A DNA stretch of 64,000 nt from Roseibacillus sp. GTDB taxonomy: Bacteria; Verrucomicrobiota; Verrucomicrobiia; Verrucomicrobiales; Akkermansiaceae. The stretch's first letter is position 1; each line of letters opens with the position of its first letter. The position numbers and the translations under genes were made by a program. Below, one piece after another: positions 1-10,732 of the stretch. The stretch spans positions 128,001 through 192,000 of the forward strand of contig JBPOGI010000003.1 in the NCBI GenBank assembly GCA_051251855.1, given 5' to 3'. The notes under the pieces are model-generated. The model was given only the letters and a program-made list of their open reading frames with translations, was not told the DNA's origin and ran no database searches.

Positions 1-120
1 ATCGCAGCTGGGACGGCAGTGAGGTTTGAGCCTGGCGATGAGAAAGAAGTGTCCCTGGTCGCCCTCGCTGGGGAGCGGGTGGTGTGGGGATTGAACGGTA
101 AAATTAACGGGGCGCTTTAG
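1..120 (+). CDS. ureB: urease beta subunit, 3' end (partial)
   Basis: Frame 1 reads [39 protein letters not shown]; the [10 protein letters not shown] motif is typical of UreB, and it sits directly upstream of ureC. Confidence 0.93.
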   Translation: MAAGTAVRFEPGDEKEVSLVALAGERVVWGLNGKINGAL

Positions 121-137
121 GCTCTAGAAAGAAAAAG

Positions 138-1910
138 ATGGCACTGGAAATATCACGACAGGCATACGCTGAGCACTATGGACCGACGGTTGGGGACCAA
201 CTGCGGTTGGGGGATACGGAGCTTTTCATTGAGGTGGAGCGCGATTTGATTGCGGAGGCGGGGGGCTATGGCAATGAGGTGAAGTTTGGCGGAGGTAAGG
301 TCATTCGCGATGGCATGGGGCAGTCTTCGACGGCGCTGGATGCGGAGTGTCTTGATTTGGTGGTGACCAATGCGACGATCATTGATGCCGAGTTGGGCGT
401 GATAAAGGCGGACCTAGGGGTTCGTGGAGGACGGATTGTGGGGGTTGGGCATGCCGGGAATCCGGGGATTCAGGATGGCATTGGTTCCCTGATTGCGGAT
501 CCGGCGACGGGGAAGTTGGACCCTATGATTATCGGGGCGGGCACGGAAGCGCTGGCGGGTGAGGGTGCGATCTTAACGGCGGGCGGGATTGATGCGCACA
601 TTCACTTTATTTGTCCGCAGCAAATTGATGAGGCCTTGGCGAGTGGAGTGACGACGATGTTGGGCGGTGGCACTGGTCCGGCGACGGGGACGAATGCGAC
701 CACTTGCACGCCTGGGAAGTGGAATATTCACCGGATGATTGAGGCGGCAGACGAGTATGCCATGAACTTAGGTTTTTTAGGTAAAGGGAATTGTGCGACG
801 CCTGAGCCTTTGCGTGAGCAAATCTTGGCAGGGGCGATTGGGCTCAAGTTGCACGAAGACTGGGGGACGACTCCGGCGGCGATTGATGTCTGTTTGTCGG
901 TGGCGGATGAGTTGGATGTGCAGGTGGCGATTCATACCGATACTTTGAATGAGTCGGGCTTTGTGGAAGACACCATCGCTGCCATCGGGGATAGAACGAT
1001 TCATACTTATCACTCGGAGGGTGCTGGCGGAGGTCATGCGCCAGATATTATGAAGGTGTGTTCCTTTGCGAATGTGCTGCCGTCTTCGACGAATCCGACG
1101 CGACCCTTTACGGTCAATACGCTGGATGAGCATCTCGATATGTTGATGGTGTGCCATCATTTGGACTCTAAGATTCCGGAAGATGTGGCCTTTGCGGAGT
1201 CTCGCATTCGCCCGCAGACTATCGCGGCGGAGGACTTGCTGCATGATAAGGGGGCGATCTCAATGATCGCGTCTGATAGTCAGGCCATGGGTCGGGTAGG
1301 AGAGGTGGTGATGCGCACGTGGCAGACGGCTCATAAGATGAAGGTGCAGTTTGGAGCGTTGGCGGATGAGTCGGGTGAGCACGGGGCGGCGGATAACTTT
1401 CGGGTGCTGCGGTATGTGGCCAAGTATACCATCAACCCAGCGCTGACGCATGGCATGGGCGGGGAGGTGGGCTCGTTGATGGTGGGCAAATTGGCAGATA
1501 TGGTGTTGTGGAAGCCGGCTTTCTTCGGGGTGAAGCCGGAGTTGATTTTGAAGGGAGGGATGATTGCGATGGCCAATATGGGCGATCCGAATGCGTCTAT
1601 TCCCACGCCGCAGCCGACCTTCTATCGTCCTATGTTTGGGGCGGCGGGTAAGGCGCGAGCGAGCACGTGCGTGACCTTTGTGAGTCAGGCGTCACTGGAT
1701 GCGGGATTAGAGAAAGAGCTGGAGGTGTCGAAGCGTTTGGTGGCGGTGAAGGAGACGCGTTCAGTGACCAAGGGGGATATGTTGTTCAATGAGAGTTGTC
1801 CTGAGATCGAGATTGATCCGGAGAGTTATACCGTGAAGGCGGATGGAGAGGTTCTCACTTGTGAGCCTTTGGACGAGGTGCCCTTGGGGCAGAGGTATTT
1901 TCTTTTCTAA
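138..1910 (+). CDS. ureC: urease alpha subunit
   Basis: [43 protein letters not shown] nickel-site motifs; C-terminus QRYFLF. Confidence 0.99.
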   Translation: MALEISRQAYAEHYGPTVGDQLRLGDTELFIEVERDLIAEAGGYGNEVKFGGGKVIRDGMGQSSTALDAECLDLVVTNATIIDAELGVIKADLGVRGGRIVGVGHAGNPGIQDGIGSLIADPATGKLDPMIIGAGTEALAGEGAILTAGGIDAHIHFICPQQIDEALASGVTTMLGGGTGPATGTNATTCTPGKWNIHRMIEAADEYAMNLGFLGKGNCATPEPLREQILAGAIGLKLHEDWGTTPAAIDVCLSVADELDVQVAIHTDTLNESGFVEDTIAAIGDRTIHTYHSEGAGGGHAPDIMKVCSFANVLPSSTNPTRPFTVNTLDEHLDMLMVCHHLDSKIPEDVAFAESRIRPQTIAAEDLLHDKGAISMIASDSQAMGRVGEVVMRTWQTAHKMKVQFGALADESGEHGAADNFRVLRYVAKYTINPALTHGMGGEVGSLMVGKLADMVLWKPAFFGVKPELILKGGMIAMANMGDPNASIPTPQPTFYRPMFGAAGKARASTCVTFVSQASLDAGLEKELEVSKRLVAVKETRSVTKGDMLFNESCPEIEIDPESYTVKADGEVLTCEPLDEVPLGQRYFLF

Positions 1911-1912
1911 CA

Positions 1913-2341
1913 ATGTCAAAAGCGATCTTACTGGACCAAGTTTCGGAGGAGGACTGCCCTGATGCGGTGGCGTTGCCTGTGGCTCGAATTACGCTGTGGA
2001 CTCGGCGTTGGCGGAGTACGGCAGAGGATGGGACAGTGGTGGCGGTGGCGCTTGAGAAGGCGGCTCAAAATGGGAATGTTCTGCTGGGTGGAGGGCGCTC
2101 GTTTCGGATTGCGCAAATGCCGGAAGAGGTGGTGGCGATTACGATGCCTGAAGAGCAATCGATGGCCGCGAAGATTGGTTGGTATCTGGGGAACCGGCAT
2201 TTGCCGATTGAGGTGCGGGAGAAGGAGATTTTGTTAGAGAGTTTTCCCACCCTCACGGATTCGTTGGAGCGAATTGGGATTGGCTATACGATGAGAGAGG
2301 ATGTGTTGAATTGTCGCCCGCACTCGGAGCATACCCATTGA
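1913..2341 (+). CDS. ureE: urease accessory Ni chaperone UreE
   Basis: IGWYLGNRHLP motif, C-terminal HSEHTH, position in the urease operon. Confidence 0.9.
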   Translation: MSKAILLDQVSEEDCPDAVALPVARITLWTRRWRSTAEDGTVVAVALEKAAQNGNVLLGGGRSFRIAQMPEEVVAITMPEEQSMAAKIGWYLGNRHLPIEVREKEILLESFPTLTDSLERIGIGYTMREDVLNCRPHSEHTH

Positions 2342-2344
2342 AGA

Positions 2345-3031
2345 ATGAGCAAGGAAGATTACGACTGGCTGGGTTTGGTGCTGACGTTCTCGGACACGGC
2401 GTCACCGGTGGGTGGGTATGCGCATTCCTTTGGGCTGGAGGGAATGGTTCAGGCGGGGGAGGTCTCTGATGAGGAGAGCTTGAGGCGCTTTTTGGAAAGG
2501 GATGTGCGGGAGTCGTTGCGGAGCGTGGAGTTGCCGTTGGTGGCGAGGGCTTACCGTGCGGCAATTGAAAACAAAGCGGATGAGGTAAAGAAATGGGATG
2601 CGTGGGCGTGGGCGATGCGTCCTACCGGAGAGTTACGAGAGGCTGGCGCAAAGGTGGGGCGACAGCAGTGGAAGTTGTTTGAGCGCACGTGGGCGGAGGA
2701 AGAAGCGAAGGCGGCACGGGGGTGGTTCGCGAGTTTTCAGATGGCCCCAGTGGCGGGAGTGATTTTTGCGAAGCGTGAGGTTCCGTTGGAGGCGGGGTTG
2801 ATGGTGGTGTGTTACCAGACTTATTCGGCTTTGATGCAAGCGGCATTGAAATTGCTGCCTGTGGGCCCGATGGCCACGCAAAGGTTGTTGTTTGAGGTAT
2901 TGGGGGAAGCGCGGGCGCTGGGCGAGGAGGCTTTGGCTGTGAAAGATTCGGAGTTGGGAACCTTTAATCCGATCTGGGACTGCGCGAGTTCGGGCCATGA
3001 GCGAGTGGAGGCGCGATTATTTTTATCATGA
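2345..3031 (+). CDS. ureF: urease accessory protein UreF
   Basis: [12 protein letters not shown] near the N-terminus and [11 protein letters not shown] at the C-terminus. Confidence 0.95.
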   Translation: MSKEDYDWLGLVLTFSDTASPVGGYAHSFGLEGMVQAGEVSDEESLRRFLERDVRESLRSVELPLVARAYRAAIENKADEVKKWDAWAWAMRPTGELREAGAKVGRQQWKLFERTWAEEEAKAARGWFASFQMAPVAGVIFAKREVPLEAGLMVVCYQTYSALMQAALKLLPVGPMATQRLLFEVLGEARALGEEALAVKDSELGTFNPIWDCASSGHERVEARLFLS

Positions 3032-3651
3032 GTAAGAAGGCAATCAGAGTTGGGATTGGTGGTCCGGTTGGTTCGGGAAAATCGACGCTGTGTTTGGAGC
3101 TGTGTCGGCACTACGGCGCGACGCGAAATATGGCGGTGATCACGAATGATATTTACACGCGGGAAGATGCGCGAATGTTGACGGAGGCGCAGGCTTTGCC
3201 AGCGGACCGAATTGTGGGGGTGGAGACAGGTGGCTGTCCGCATACCGCGATTCGAGATGATATTTCGATGAATCTTGATGCGGTGGAGACTTTGGAAGCG
3301 AGGTTGGACGGGTTGGAACTGATTTTGATTGAGAGTGGTGGGGATAATTTGACGGCGACCTTTTCGCCGGAGTTGGTGGATGTGTTCATTTACGTGATTG
3401 ATGTCACCGAGGGGGATGACATTCCGCGTAAGGGGGGGCCGGCCATTGCGGGATCCGATCTCTTGTTGGTGAATAAGGTGACACTGGCTCCCTATGTGGG
3501 CGCTGATGTTGATCGCATGAAGTCGGATTGTTTGAGCAAGCGTGGGGACCGACCTTTTCTTTTTACGGATTTGAAGACGGGTGAGCAGCGGGATGAGCTG
3601 ATGGCGTGGTTTGATCGGGAGGTGTTGTTTACAGATGTCGGGTCATCTTGA
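3028..3651 (+). CDS. ureG: urease accessory GTPase UreG
   Basis: [10 protein letters not shown]-loop, [19 protein letters not shown]. Confidence 0.98.
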   Translation: MSKKAIRVGIGGPVGSGKSTLCLELCRHYGATRNMAVITNDIYTREDARMLTEAQALPADRIVGVETGGCPHTAIRDDISMNLDAVETLEARLDGLELILIESGGDNLTATFSPELVDVFIYVIDVTEGDDIPRKGGPAIAGSDLLLVNKVTLAPYVGADVDRMKSDCLSKRGDRPFLFTDLKTGEQRDELMAWFDREVLFTDVGSS

Positions 3652-4450
3652 GAGTGAGATCGAGCTCGTCTTTGATCAGGACGACCAACGAGCGGTGACG
3701 GTGTTGCGGAAGCGGCGGGCGGGTGGATTGTGCCATGTTGGGAAACCGTATTGGGATGGTGAGGTCTTGAACTTGCAGTTGGTGAATCCGACGGCGGGGG
3801 TGTTTGCTGGAGATCGGTTGCAGATGAAGGTGGCTGTGGAAGAAGGGGCGAAAGTGGCTTTGGTGACGCCGAGTGCGACGCGCTTCCATGCCATGGCGGG
3901 ACAAGAGGCCACGATTGTGCAGGAGTTCTCGGTGGGGAAGAGAGCTTGGTTGGAGTATTGGCCCGAGTGGGTGATGCCGCAGGGTGGAAGCGAGGTGCAC
4001 CAAATCACGCGGCTGGATGTGGCGAGGGATGGGGTGTTGGTCTTTGGTGATATGTTGGCACCTGGTCGGGTGGCGCACGGGGAGAGTCAGGCTTTTCGGA
4101 AGCTGACCACCGAGTTTGAGCTGCGGGTGGGGGGGCAACTGGTGGCGCGCGAGCGAATGAACTTGGAGCCTGAGAAGGGAGCTTGGCCGTTGGCGGTGGA
4201 AGAGTGGGAGAACTGCTTCTATGGCGGTCTTTGGATCGTGGGTGGAGAGGGTGATTTTTTAGAGGAAATGGAGGCGCTGAGTGACAATGAGATAAAGGTA
4301 GGTTTCTCGCGTCTCTCCCCTGAGGTGGTGGTCTTGAGAATGGTGACGGCACGCAGCGTGCTGCTGAGAACCCTCTTTGAGAGGCTACGGGAGACGATTT
4401 CTGAAGAAATGAGGTTGTCGATTCCCGATCCCCGTGTGAGATTACGTTGA
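3635..4450 (+). CDS. ureD: urease accessory protein UreD/UreH
   Basis: [27 protein letters not shown] motifs; ATG 3635 preferred over the upstream alternative start at 3611. Confidence 0.9.
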   Translation: MSGHLESEIELVFDQDDQRAVTVLRKRRAGGLCHVGKPYWDGEVLNLQLVNPTAGVFAGDRLQMKVAVEEGAKVALVTPSATRFHAMAGQEATIVQEFSVGKRAWLEYWPEWVMPQGGSEVHQITRLDVARDGVLVFGDMLAPGRVAHGESQAFRKLTTEFELRVGGQLVARERMNLEPEKGAWPLAVEEWENCFYGGLWIVGGEGDFLEEMEALSDNEIKVGFSRLSPEVVVLRMVTARSVLLRTLFERLRETISEEMRLSIPDPRVRLR

Positions 4451-4452
4451 AG

Positions 4453-4689
4453 ATGAACTTGAAAACTAAAACGACAGGATGGGTAATTGCGTTGAACGCG
4501 AGTTTGGTCGCGGTCGCTTCGGCTCATCCCGGCCCTCCAGGACACACGCACGGTGATGACTGGCCTTTTGGGGTAGTTGCTTTAGTCGCTCTAGCTGCGT
4601 CAGCAGGATTATACGGGGCTTTCTTGAAATTTCGAGACGCTCGTAAGACTGTTCCCATTCCTGTGAAGAGTCGGTACAGCCGCCGATAG
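4453..4689 (+). CDS. small exported/membrane protein with HPG..H.H motif (UreJ/HupE-like N-terminus only)
   Basis: Signal-like N-terminus ending ASA, then HPGPPGHTHGDD, one hydrophobic helix and a basic tail; starts 2 nt after the ureD stop. Confidence 0.65.
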   Translation: MNLKTKTTGWVIALNASLVAVASAHPGPPGHTHGDDWPFGVVALVALAASAGLYGAFLKFRDARKTVPIPVKSRYSRR

Positions 4690-4765
4690 CTACAGTCCAA
4701 GTCTTACAATCGGGCTTTTGATTGGTTGGAAGAGTGGGTTAAATTCTAGTTAATCTGGAAATAAG

Positions 4766-4945
4766 ATGATGAAGATCGACCGAACTTTTCTTTTTACCTT
4801 CGCGTTACTGACGACTGTTGGCCTCCTTTCTTCGTGTGTTCCTCTCGCTGTCGGAGCTGTTGGCGGGTATATGATTGCTGATGATGGTATCCGTCTCCAA
4901 TCGCCGGTGACTCGGGAGAAGAAAGAGGAATATTACGAATACTAA
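4766..4945 (+). CDS. 59-aa predicted lipoprotein (below the ORF-track cutoff)
   Basis: Manual translation MMKIDRTFLFTFALLTTVGLLSSCVPLAVGAVGGYMIADDGIRLQSPVTREKKEEYYEY*; lipobox LSSC followed by a glycine-zipper-like AVGAVGG. Confidence 0.7.
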   Translation: MMKIDRTFLFTFALLTTVGLLSSCVPLAVGAVGGYMIADDGIRLQSPVTREKKEEYYEY

Positions 4946-5052
4946 ATAAGAAATATCGTATTTGCGATCTCTCCTAGAAATCAAAAGTTAAGGGAGCCCG
5001 AGTTTATCAAACATCCTTCCAGCACCTCAGAATTTTTCTCCAGAACCTAAAC

Positions 5053-5946
5053 ATGAAGCCCTCCCTACTCGCTGCCTTAGCTCTCCTTGGCCTTTGTTCC
5101 CTTTCACCGGCTGAACCTATATCGGCTGTCTCTTGGAACATCGAATGGTTTCCCGGCGGTCGTCCAAACGCTAGCGAAGCTGAGCAGACCGCTCAACTCG
5201 AAGGTTGTAAGAGTGTGCTCCCTAAAATGGGAGCTGACATCTTGCTTGCTCAGGAAGTTACCGATGCCGCCGCCTTTGATGAACTTGTATCGAGTGTTCC
5301 GGGGATGAAGGTGCATGTCTTCAGCCAATTTCTCCAACCCGATAGCGACCGAGTTGGCCTTCAACAATGTGCCATTGCTTCGAAGCTTGAGGCTCATTCA
5401 GCGTGGTTCGAGGCGTTCAAACCCAGCTCTCGGCTCCCTAACCTTCGTCGTGGCTTCGCTTTTGCCGCCCTCGAGCATCCCTCAGGAGGATTGATGATGT
5501 TCTACTGCGTTCACTTAAAGAGCAATGGAGGAAGTGATACTCCTAAGGGTGAGCGCGATGTAGCAAAGACTCGAAAAGAATCGGTAAAACAAATCGTTGC
5601 GCATAAAAAGGAGATGGAGAAGAGATTTGCGACCGAGAAAATCGTCGGTTGGGTTGTGGGAGGAGATTTCAACACTAATCATGATGGACAGTTTCCTCGC
5701 TGCACGGTTGTTCAAGACCTCGAAGCGGCAGGGTTTTACAATACTTGGACGGAGACTAATAAACAAGAGCGGGCCACCTGGCTAAGCGATCCCGACCCCG
5801 AGAAACGCCGCTTTCAACCCACTACTTTTGACTACTTTATGACCACCGGTTTCCTGCCTGCCGAAGCGAAGATGATTCCTAACATTCCTCGCGAACTTTC
5901 TGACCATGGCCCTATAGTTCTGGAGCTTTCCCTCCCCAAAAACTGA
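5053..5946 (+). CDS. secreted endonuclease/exonuclease/phosphatase (EEP) family protein
   Basis: Signal peptide; SWNIEW, QEV, HLKS, GGDFN, FDY, SDH motifs. Confidence 0.9.
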   Translation: MKPSLLAALALLGLCSLSPAEPISAVSWNIEWFPGGRPNASEAEQTAQLEGCKSVLPKMGADILLAQEVTDAAAFDELVSSVPGMKVHVFSQFLQPDSDRVGLQQCAIASKLEAHSAWFEAFKPSSRLPNLRRGFAFAALEHPSGGLMMFYCVHLKSNGGSDTPKGERDVAKTRKESVKQIVAHKKEMEKRFATEKIVGWVVGGDFNTNHDGQFPRCTVVQDLEAAGFYNTWTETNKQERATWLSDPDPEKRRFQPTTFDYFMTTGFLPAEAKMIPNIPRELSDHGPIVLELSLPKN

Positions 5947-6007
5947 GGGTGATTTGGGAACGGAACGTATTCTTTGGCGAATATTGATCTTGTTGCTAAA
6001 GAAGGGT

Positions 6008-7018
6008 TTAGACCTGTTCCACAAAGATTTCTCCTCGTGCCAAACAAGAGAGGTGTTTATCGGCTAAGTCTTCTAGTTCGGCTACGGACTCTACCTGCGA
6101 TAAGGCTCTTCTGAGCGCCTTTGAACCCTTGAACCCTTTTGAATAGGCCATCAAGCGTGAGCGCATGGCCATGATGGTGTGCCGTTCATCGCCATATCGA
6201 TCTGATTCGGTGGCGAGTCGGCAGTGCCGCAGAATCAGTGGCCAGCGCTCCTCTACTGAGAGAGGCGGCAAGGTTACTCCCGTCTCTAGGTAGTGCTTTG
6301 CCTCTCGAAAGATCCACGGATTCTGCATCGCGGCTCTGCCGATCATCACGCCGGAGACCGCTGTTTCCTCCTTACGACGAGCCAAAATTTCTCCACTCGT
6401 TATATCACCATTTCCGATCACTGGAATGTCTACCGATCGGGCTGCGCTATCAATGACCTTCCAGTTGGCTTCGCCTGAATAGCCCTGCGATCTAGTCCGG
6501 CCATGAATCGCGATACTCGCAATGCCTTCGGATTCTAGAATGCCACATACTTCCTCTGCGTTTATGGTATCCATATCCCAGCCGACTCGAATTTTTGCGG
6601 TGACGGGCACTGCTCCATTCACTGCCTTCACAATTCCGCGAGCGGTGGCCGCTAAGAGGGGACAGTCCTTTAACAAGGACGAACCGCCGTTTTTTGAGAC
6701 TACTTTACTCACCGGGCATCCAAAGTTGATGTCGATAAAGTCCGGGCGTTTCCAATCAATAATCTTATTGGCAGCCTCGCCCATACGGGCTCCATCTGCT
6801 CCAAAGAGTTGGACTCCCACGGGTCTTTGTCCGTCGGTAAATTCGGTATACTTTCGGGTGCGATGGTCCGCCTGCATGATGCCTTCTGCGGAGACAAACT
6901 CGGTGACCATGACATCCGCTCCCAGCTCCTTGCAAATGGTCCGGAATGTCACATCCGTGACCCCCGCCATAGGCGCTAGAAAGAGAGGAAACTGACCATC
7001 AGCAAACCAAGGAAGCAT
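6008..7018 (-). CDS. dusB: tRNA-dihydrouridine synthase B
   Basis: LAPMAGVTD, DINFGCP, HGRTR, GNGDI, MIGRAA. Confidence 0.95.
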   Translation of the reverse strand: MLPWFADGQFPLFLAPMAGVTDVTFRTICKELGADVMVTEFVSAEGIMQADHRTRKYTEFTDGQRPVGVQLFGADGARMGEAANKIIDWKRPDFIDINFGCPVSKVVSKNGGSSLLKDCPLLAATARGIVKAVNGAVPVTAKIRVGWDMDTINAEEVCGILESEGIASIAIHGRTRSQGYSGEANWKVIDSAARSVDIPVIGNGDITSGEILARRKEETAVSGVMIGRAAMQNPWIFREAKHYLETGVTLPPLSVEERWPLILRHCRLATESDRYGDERHTIMAMRSRLMAYSKGFKGSKALRRALSQVESVAELEDLADKHLSCLARGEIFVEQV

Positions 7019-7142
7019 TACGACAGAGACATGCCTAAAAAACTTCGGATCAAAAACCCAAAAATGAAAATTCGCAGTAGAGGAGGATGAAGCGATAGAT
7101 TCCCCTCAGGAGGGGGGCACTTTAACCCCCAGCACGAGCCAC

Positions 7143-8060
7143 CTAGGGCTGTGGTAGGAGGATGGTCTTGGCGAAGTTGTAGCTGTTCCTCTCCATCAAT
7201 GTTTCTTTGGCGGATTGGCTGAGGTTGCCATTACGGAGGGCTTCGAGAGCGGAGTCGTTGATTACGGTGAGAGAGAGATCAGCAGCTACGATGTAGCCAT
7301 TGGCATAGTCGGTCGCAGGATCTCCGTCGGCCACGATTCCGCTTCCAGTGAGCCGAAAGTCTTCAACAGATTCGCTCCCACCTGAGTTGAGAACGAGAAC
7401 GCGCTCGGTACGGGTGACATTGTTTTCAGTATATTCGACAACGAAAGAGAGGCTGAACTCATAGATGTTCTCGCAGACAAAATTGTCGGGGCTCGACTCA
7501 TTGCTCGCGAAGCTTTGATAGGCATTCTCTAGATCTTCTTCTCCGAGAAGACTTTCGAAGGTTTCGTCGGGATCGATGAGTTGGCGGTAAAGAATAAAGC
7601 TGGCGAATTCCTCGTCTTCGGTATCAGAGACGGGATCGCGGAAGAGGAGGCGATAGCCGACAGTGGAAACGTCGCCGCCTTGGTCTTGGGTGGTGTTGAG
7701 CTCGCCATTGTAACGGTCAGTGGCTGCAGTAAAGAAGACGGCACGGGAAGCGTTGGGGCTAGCGCTACCGGAGGGTCCTGGTGCGTTTTGTTCAGATGAG
7801 ACCCAGAGCCATTCGAACTCGTTGCCCGAGCGAACGACGAGCGATTCGAGGTCGCGTGACATTTGGTCGAAGGCTGCTTTGGCTTCTCGGGCTGCTTTGA
7901 CTTGGTTACGGCTAGTCGTGTATCCATCCAGCGCGGTAGCAGTAATAGTGACCAGCATCGCGACGATGATGGCAGTGACGGCCAAGGCAACAAGCAGCTC
8001 GACGAGAGTGAATCCTTTCTTAAGGATTCGAGGCACTTGGGTTGTTGAAGTAGTTTTCAT
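7143..8060 (-). CDS. prepilin-type N-methylation protein (GspJ/PilW-like; Verru_Chthon C-like)
   Basis: KKGFTLVELLVAL class III signal; QMSRDLES helix. Confidence 0.85.
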   Translation of the reverse strand: MKTTSTTQVPRILKKGFTLVELLVALAVTAIIVAMLVTITATALDGYTTSRNQVKAAREAKAAFDQMSRDLESLVVRSGNEFEWLWVSSEQNAPGPSGSASPNASRAVFFTAATDRYNGELNTTQDQGGDVSTVGYRLLFRDPVSDTEDEEFASFILYRQLIDPDETFESLLGEEDLENAYQSFASNESSPDNFVCENIYEFSLSFVVEYTENNVTRTERVLVLNSGGSESVEDFRLTGSGIVADGDPATDYANGYIVAADLSLTVINDSALEALRNGNLSQSAKETLMERNSYNFAKTILLPQP

Positions 8061-8080
8061 GAAGAAGTGTGGAAAGGAGG

Positions 8081-8797
8081 TTAGCGGCGAGCGGTCATAG
8101 CCTGGGAGTGAATAGGATTGCCTAGAGACTTATCGAAATCTGCGCCTCCGCTAGCGAGGGGTCCGTTGAGATACTGGTAGCTATTGGCAGGGAGGACATA
8201 GAAGTCGGCTTGGAAGGCGATGACGGCGTCTTCGAAAGAGGTGGCGTCTGATGCTGTGGCTCCCGATGAGTCGACGATAGGAGCGCCCAGTTCAGCGGCG
8301 ACGAGGCCTCCATTGTTGTTGTCGCGAACGAGTTGTCGCATGCTGACGATGAAGACTTTTCCTTCGACTGCTTCCATGAGGTCTTCGAGGTCAGCACTAT
8401 CACCAAGTCGGCGGACGGCAGATTGAACAAGGTAGTCTTTGCCTGGCTCCCCGTCGGATTCGGTGTAAGGCTCGAGCTTGCCATCGGTGATTCTTGAGAC
8501 ATCTCCACGATAGTTGAAGAGGACGACGGTGGAGTCGAGGGAGCCCGAGTTGGAGATCCAATCGAAGGCCTTGTCAAAAGAGGTGTCGTAGTCGTTGAGC
8601 TCGCTTTCGCGAAGGGTGGTCATCTCTTTCTCAAGAGCGGAGGCGAGACGATCAGCTTCTTGGATGCTGATGGCGCGACGGATGGTATTGGTAGCGGGGC
8701 CGAATACGGCGAGGAAGGTGGTGAGAAGAACCGCAACCACCGCGATGGCTAGAAGGGTCTCCATCAGCGTGAAGCCGTTAGATGAGCGTTTATTCAT
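8081..8797 (-). CDS. prepilin-type N-methylation protein (GspI/PilV-like; Verru_Chthon B-like)
   Basis: NGFTLMETLLAIAVV class III signal. Confidence 0.85.
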   Translation of the reverse strand: MNKRSSNGFTLMETLLAIAVVAVLLTTFLAVFGPATNTIRRAISIQEADRLASALEKEMTTLRESELNDYDTSFDKAFDWISNSGSLDSTVVLFNYRGDVSRITDGKLEPYTESDGEPGKDYLVQSAVRRLGDSADLEDLMEAVEGKVFIVSMRQLVRDNNNGGLVAAELGAPIVDSSGATASDATSFEDAVIAFQADFYVLPANSYQYLNGPLASGGADFDKSLGNPIHSQAMTARR

Positions 8798-8824
8798 GAG
8801 TTTGAAAGAAGGGTTGAAGAGTGA

Positions 8825-9535
8825 TTAATCAGAGATGACATCGGTATCTCGAATGGGAGAGGTGCGGCCATTACGCCAAATGACGAATCCTTCGACGTCG
8901 TTGCCAATGACTCGTGGCTCGCTGGCGCCGGGACCAGTGACTCCGCGGCAGAGGACGAAAGTAGCGCCTGGTTCGCTCTGGCCTGACTCGGAGCAAAGTC
9001 CTTCGGAATTAAATTCGTAGTAATGGTAGGGGGGCTGGCGGACGGACTTGCCATCACCAGGAAATTTAACTCCTGAGCCGTTAGAACCATGGGTCCCCAA
9101 GCCATCGATTTGAGAGGAGGCTTGTTGGCTATAGGTAGGGTGGAAGTAGACTCCGCTGGGAAGATAGGTGCCGCGGGATTCAACCTTCCAAGTCTTATCA
9201 ACGACTTCTCCTGCATCGTTACGCTCAATTCTTTCGTAGGCGACGACGAGGAAACGGAGGTTGCGGTCTTCTTCGCTAGGGTCGGCATGGATGCAGAGTC
9301 GTGCTCGGGTGCCGCGTCCGATGGCAAGGTTGCGTGCCTCGTCCATGAGTGCCTGAGTCTGAGAAAGTCCGGAAACAGTCGCCTGCCCCTTGTCAATATT
9401 CTGAATACCGATGGCAGCAACGGAGAGCATGGCGGCCATGATTCCAACAACGACCAACAGCTCGACGAGCGTGAAACCGCGCGGCGACGGAGAAGGGTAA
9501 GGATTTTTTCTCATCATTAGAATTAGGTTGTGCAA
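8825..9535 (-). CDS. prepilin-type N-methylation protein (GspH/FimT-like; Verru_Chthon D-like)
   Basis: RGFTLVELLVVVGIM; EARNLAI FimT-like helix; true start may be a few codons downstream. Confidence 0.85.
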   Translation of the reverse strand: MHNLILMMRKNPYPSPSPRGFTLVELLVVVGIMAAMLSVAAIGIQNIDKGQATVSGLSQTQALMDEARNLAIGRGTRARLCIHADPSEEDRNLRFLVVAYERIERNDAGEVVDKTWKVESRGTYLPSGVYFHPTYSQQASSQIDGLGTHGSNGSGVKFPGDGKSVRQPPYHYYEFNSEGLCSESGQSEPGATFVLCRGVTGPGASEPRVIGNDVEGFVIWRNGRTSPIRDTDVISD

Positions 9536-9621
9536 GAGAAGTTAGAGTCTGGCCAGTGAAAAGCAAGAAAATGTATTTACAATTGCAGTTTCTGAGGGTT
9601 TTTATTCGAGAATAGAAGCTT

Positions 9622-10626
9622 CTACTTCTCGAAATGACCTTTGCGTGGGCCGGTCATCCATTGCCAAGCCGATTCCACCATGTCTTTGACTTCTTTGTGT
9701 TTGGCTTCCCATCCAAGGATGTTCTTAGCCAGAGAGGGGTCGGCGACGAGTCGGGCGGGGTCACCTAGGCGACGGTCGCCATAGACGACGGGAACTTCTT
9801 TACCGGTCACTTCACGGGCGGCGTCAAGAATCTCGCGGACGGAGACTCCAAGGCCTGTGCCGAGGTTGCAGCGGATGGATTCACCGCCTTCTTTGAGGTG
9901 GTCGAGGGCTTTGGCATGCGCATCAGCGAGGTCGAGAACATGGATGTAGTCGCGGATACAGGTGCCGTCGGGAGTATCGTAGTCGGTGCCGAAGACGGTC
10001 ATGGTTTCGATCCTTCCCTGAATGGCGAGGAGGACGACGGGGATGAGGTGGGTCTCGGGGTCGTGCGCCTCACCGATGAGGCCATCACCCCAAGAGCCGG
10101 AGGCATTGAAGTAACGGAGGCAGGCACTCTTGAGCCCCCAAGCTGTATCGCAATCGGTGAGAATTTGCTCGAGCATGAGTTTGCTCCAACCGTAAGGATT
10201 AACGGGCTGGAGGGGGTGGCTCTCAACGATGGGGACCTCGACGGGTTCGCCATAAACGGCTGCTGTTGAGGAAAGAACGAAATTTTTGACGCCGTGATCG
10301 CGCATGGCCTCGAGCAGAATCACGGGGTCGGCGGTGTTGTTTTGGTAGTATTTGAGCGGTTCTTTGACGGATTCGCCCACATTGATGAAGGCTGCGAAGT
10401 GAAGGACGACGTCGATATCGTTCTCGCTAAAAATCTGATCCAAGAGAGGGCGATCGGAGAGGCTCCCCTCTATAAAACGGACTCGATCGTCAACAAGTGC
10501 ATCGCGGTGTCCGTAGACCAAATTATCTAAAACAAGGACGTCTCGGTCCTGAGAAGCGAGAAGACGGACCGTATGGGACCCGATATAGCCTGCCCCTCCA
10601 ACGACGAGGGTGGTGGTTTTGCTCAT
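9622..10626 (-). CDS. galE: UDP-glucose 4-epimerase
   Basis: GGAGYIGSH, HFAAFINVGES, YGWSK, LRYFNA, DGTCIRDYIHV. Confidence 0.96.
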   Translation of the reverse strand: MSKTTTLVVGGAGYIGSHTVRLLASQDRDVLVLDNLVYGHRDALVDDRVRFIEGSLSDRPLLDQIFSENDIDVVLHFAAFINVGESVKEPLKYYQNNTADPVILLEAMRDHGVKNFVLSSTAAVYGEPVEVPIVESHPLQPVNPYGWSKLMLEQILTDCDTAWGLKSACLRYFNASGSWGDGLIGEAHDPETHLIPVVLLAIQGRIETMTVFGTDYDTPDGTCIRDYIHVLDLADAHAKALDHLKEGGESIRCNLGTGLGVSVREILDAAREVTGKEVPVVYGDRRLGDPARLVADPSLAKNILGWEAKHKEVKDMVESAWQWMTGPRKGHFEK

Positions 10627-10732
10627 ATTATGAGGAAAGTAGACAAAGAGATTGCGGCGGAGTTGTCAACCGATGGTTGGCGTCGTGAAACTTTGGTGAA
10701 TAGGAATGTAGCTGCTTTCGTTGAATGCGGTG

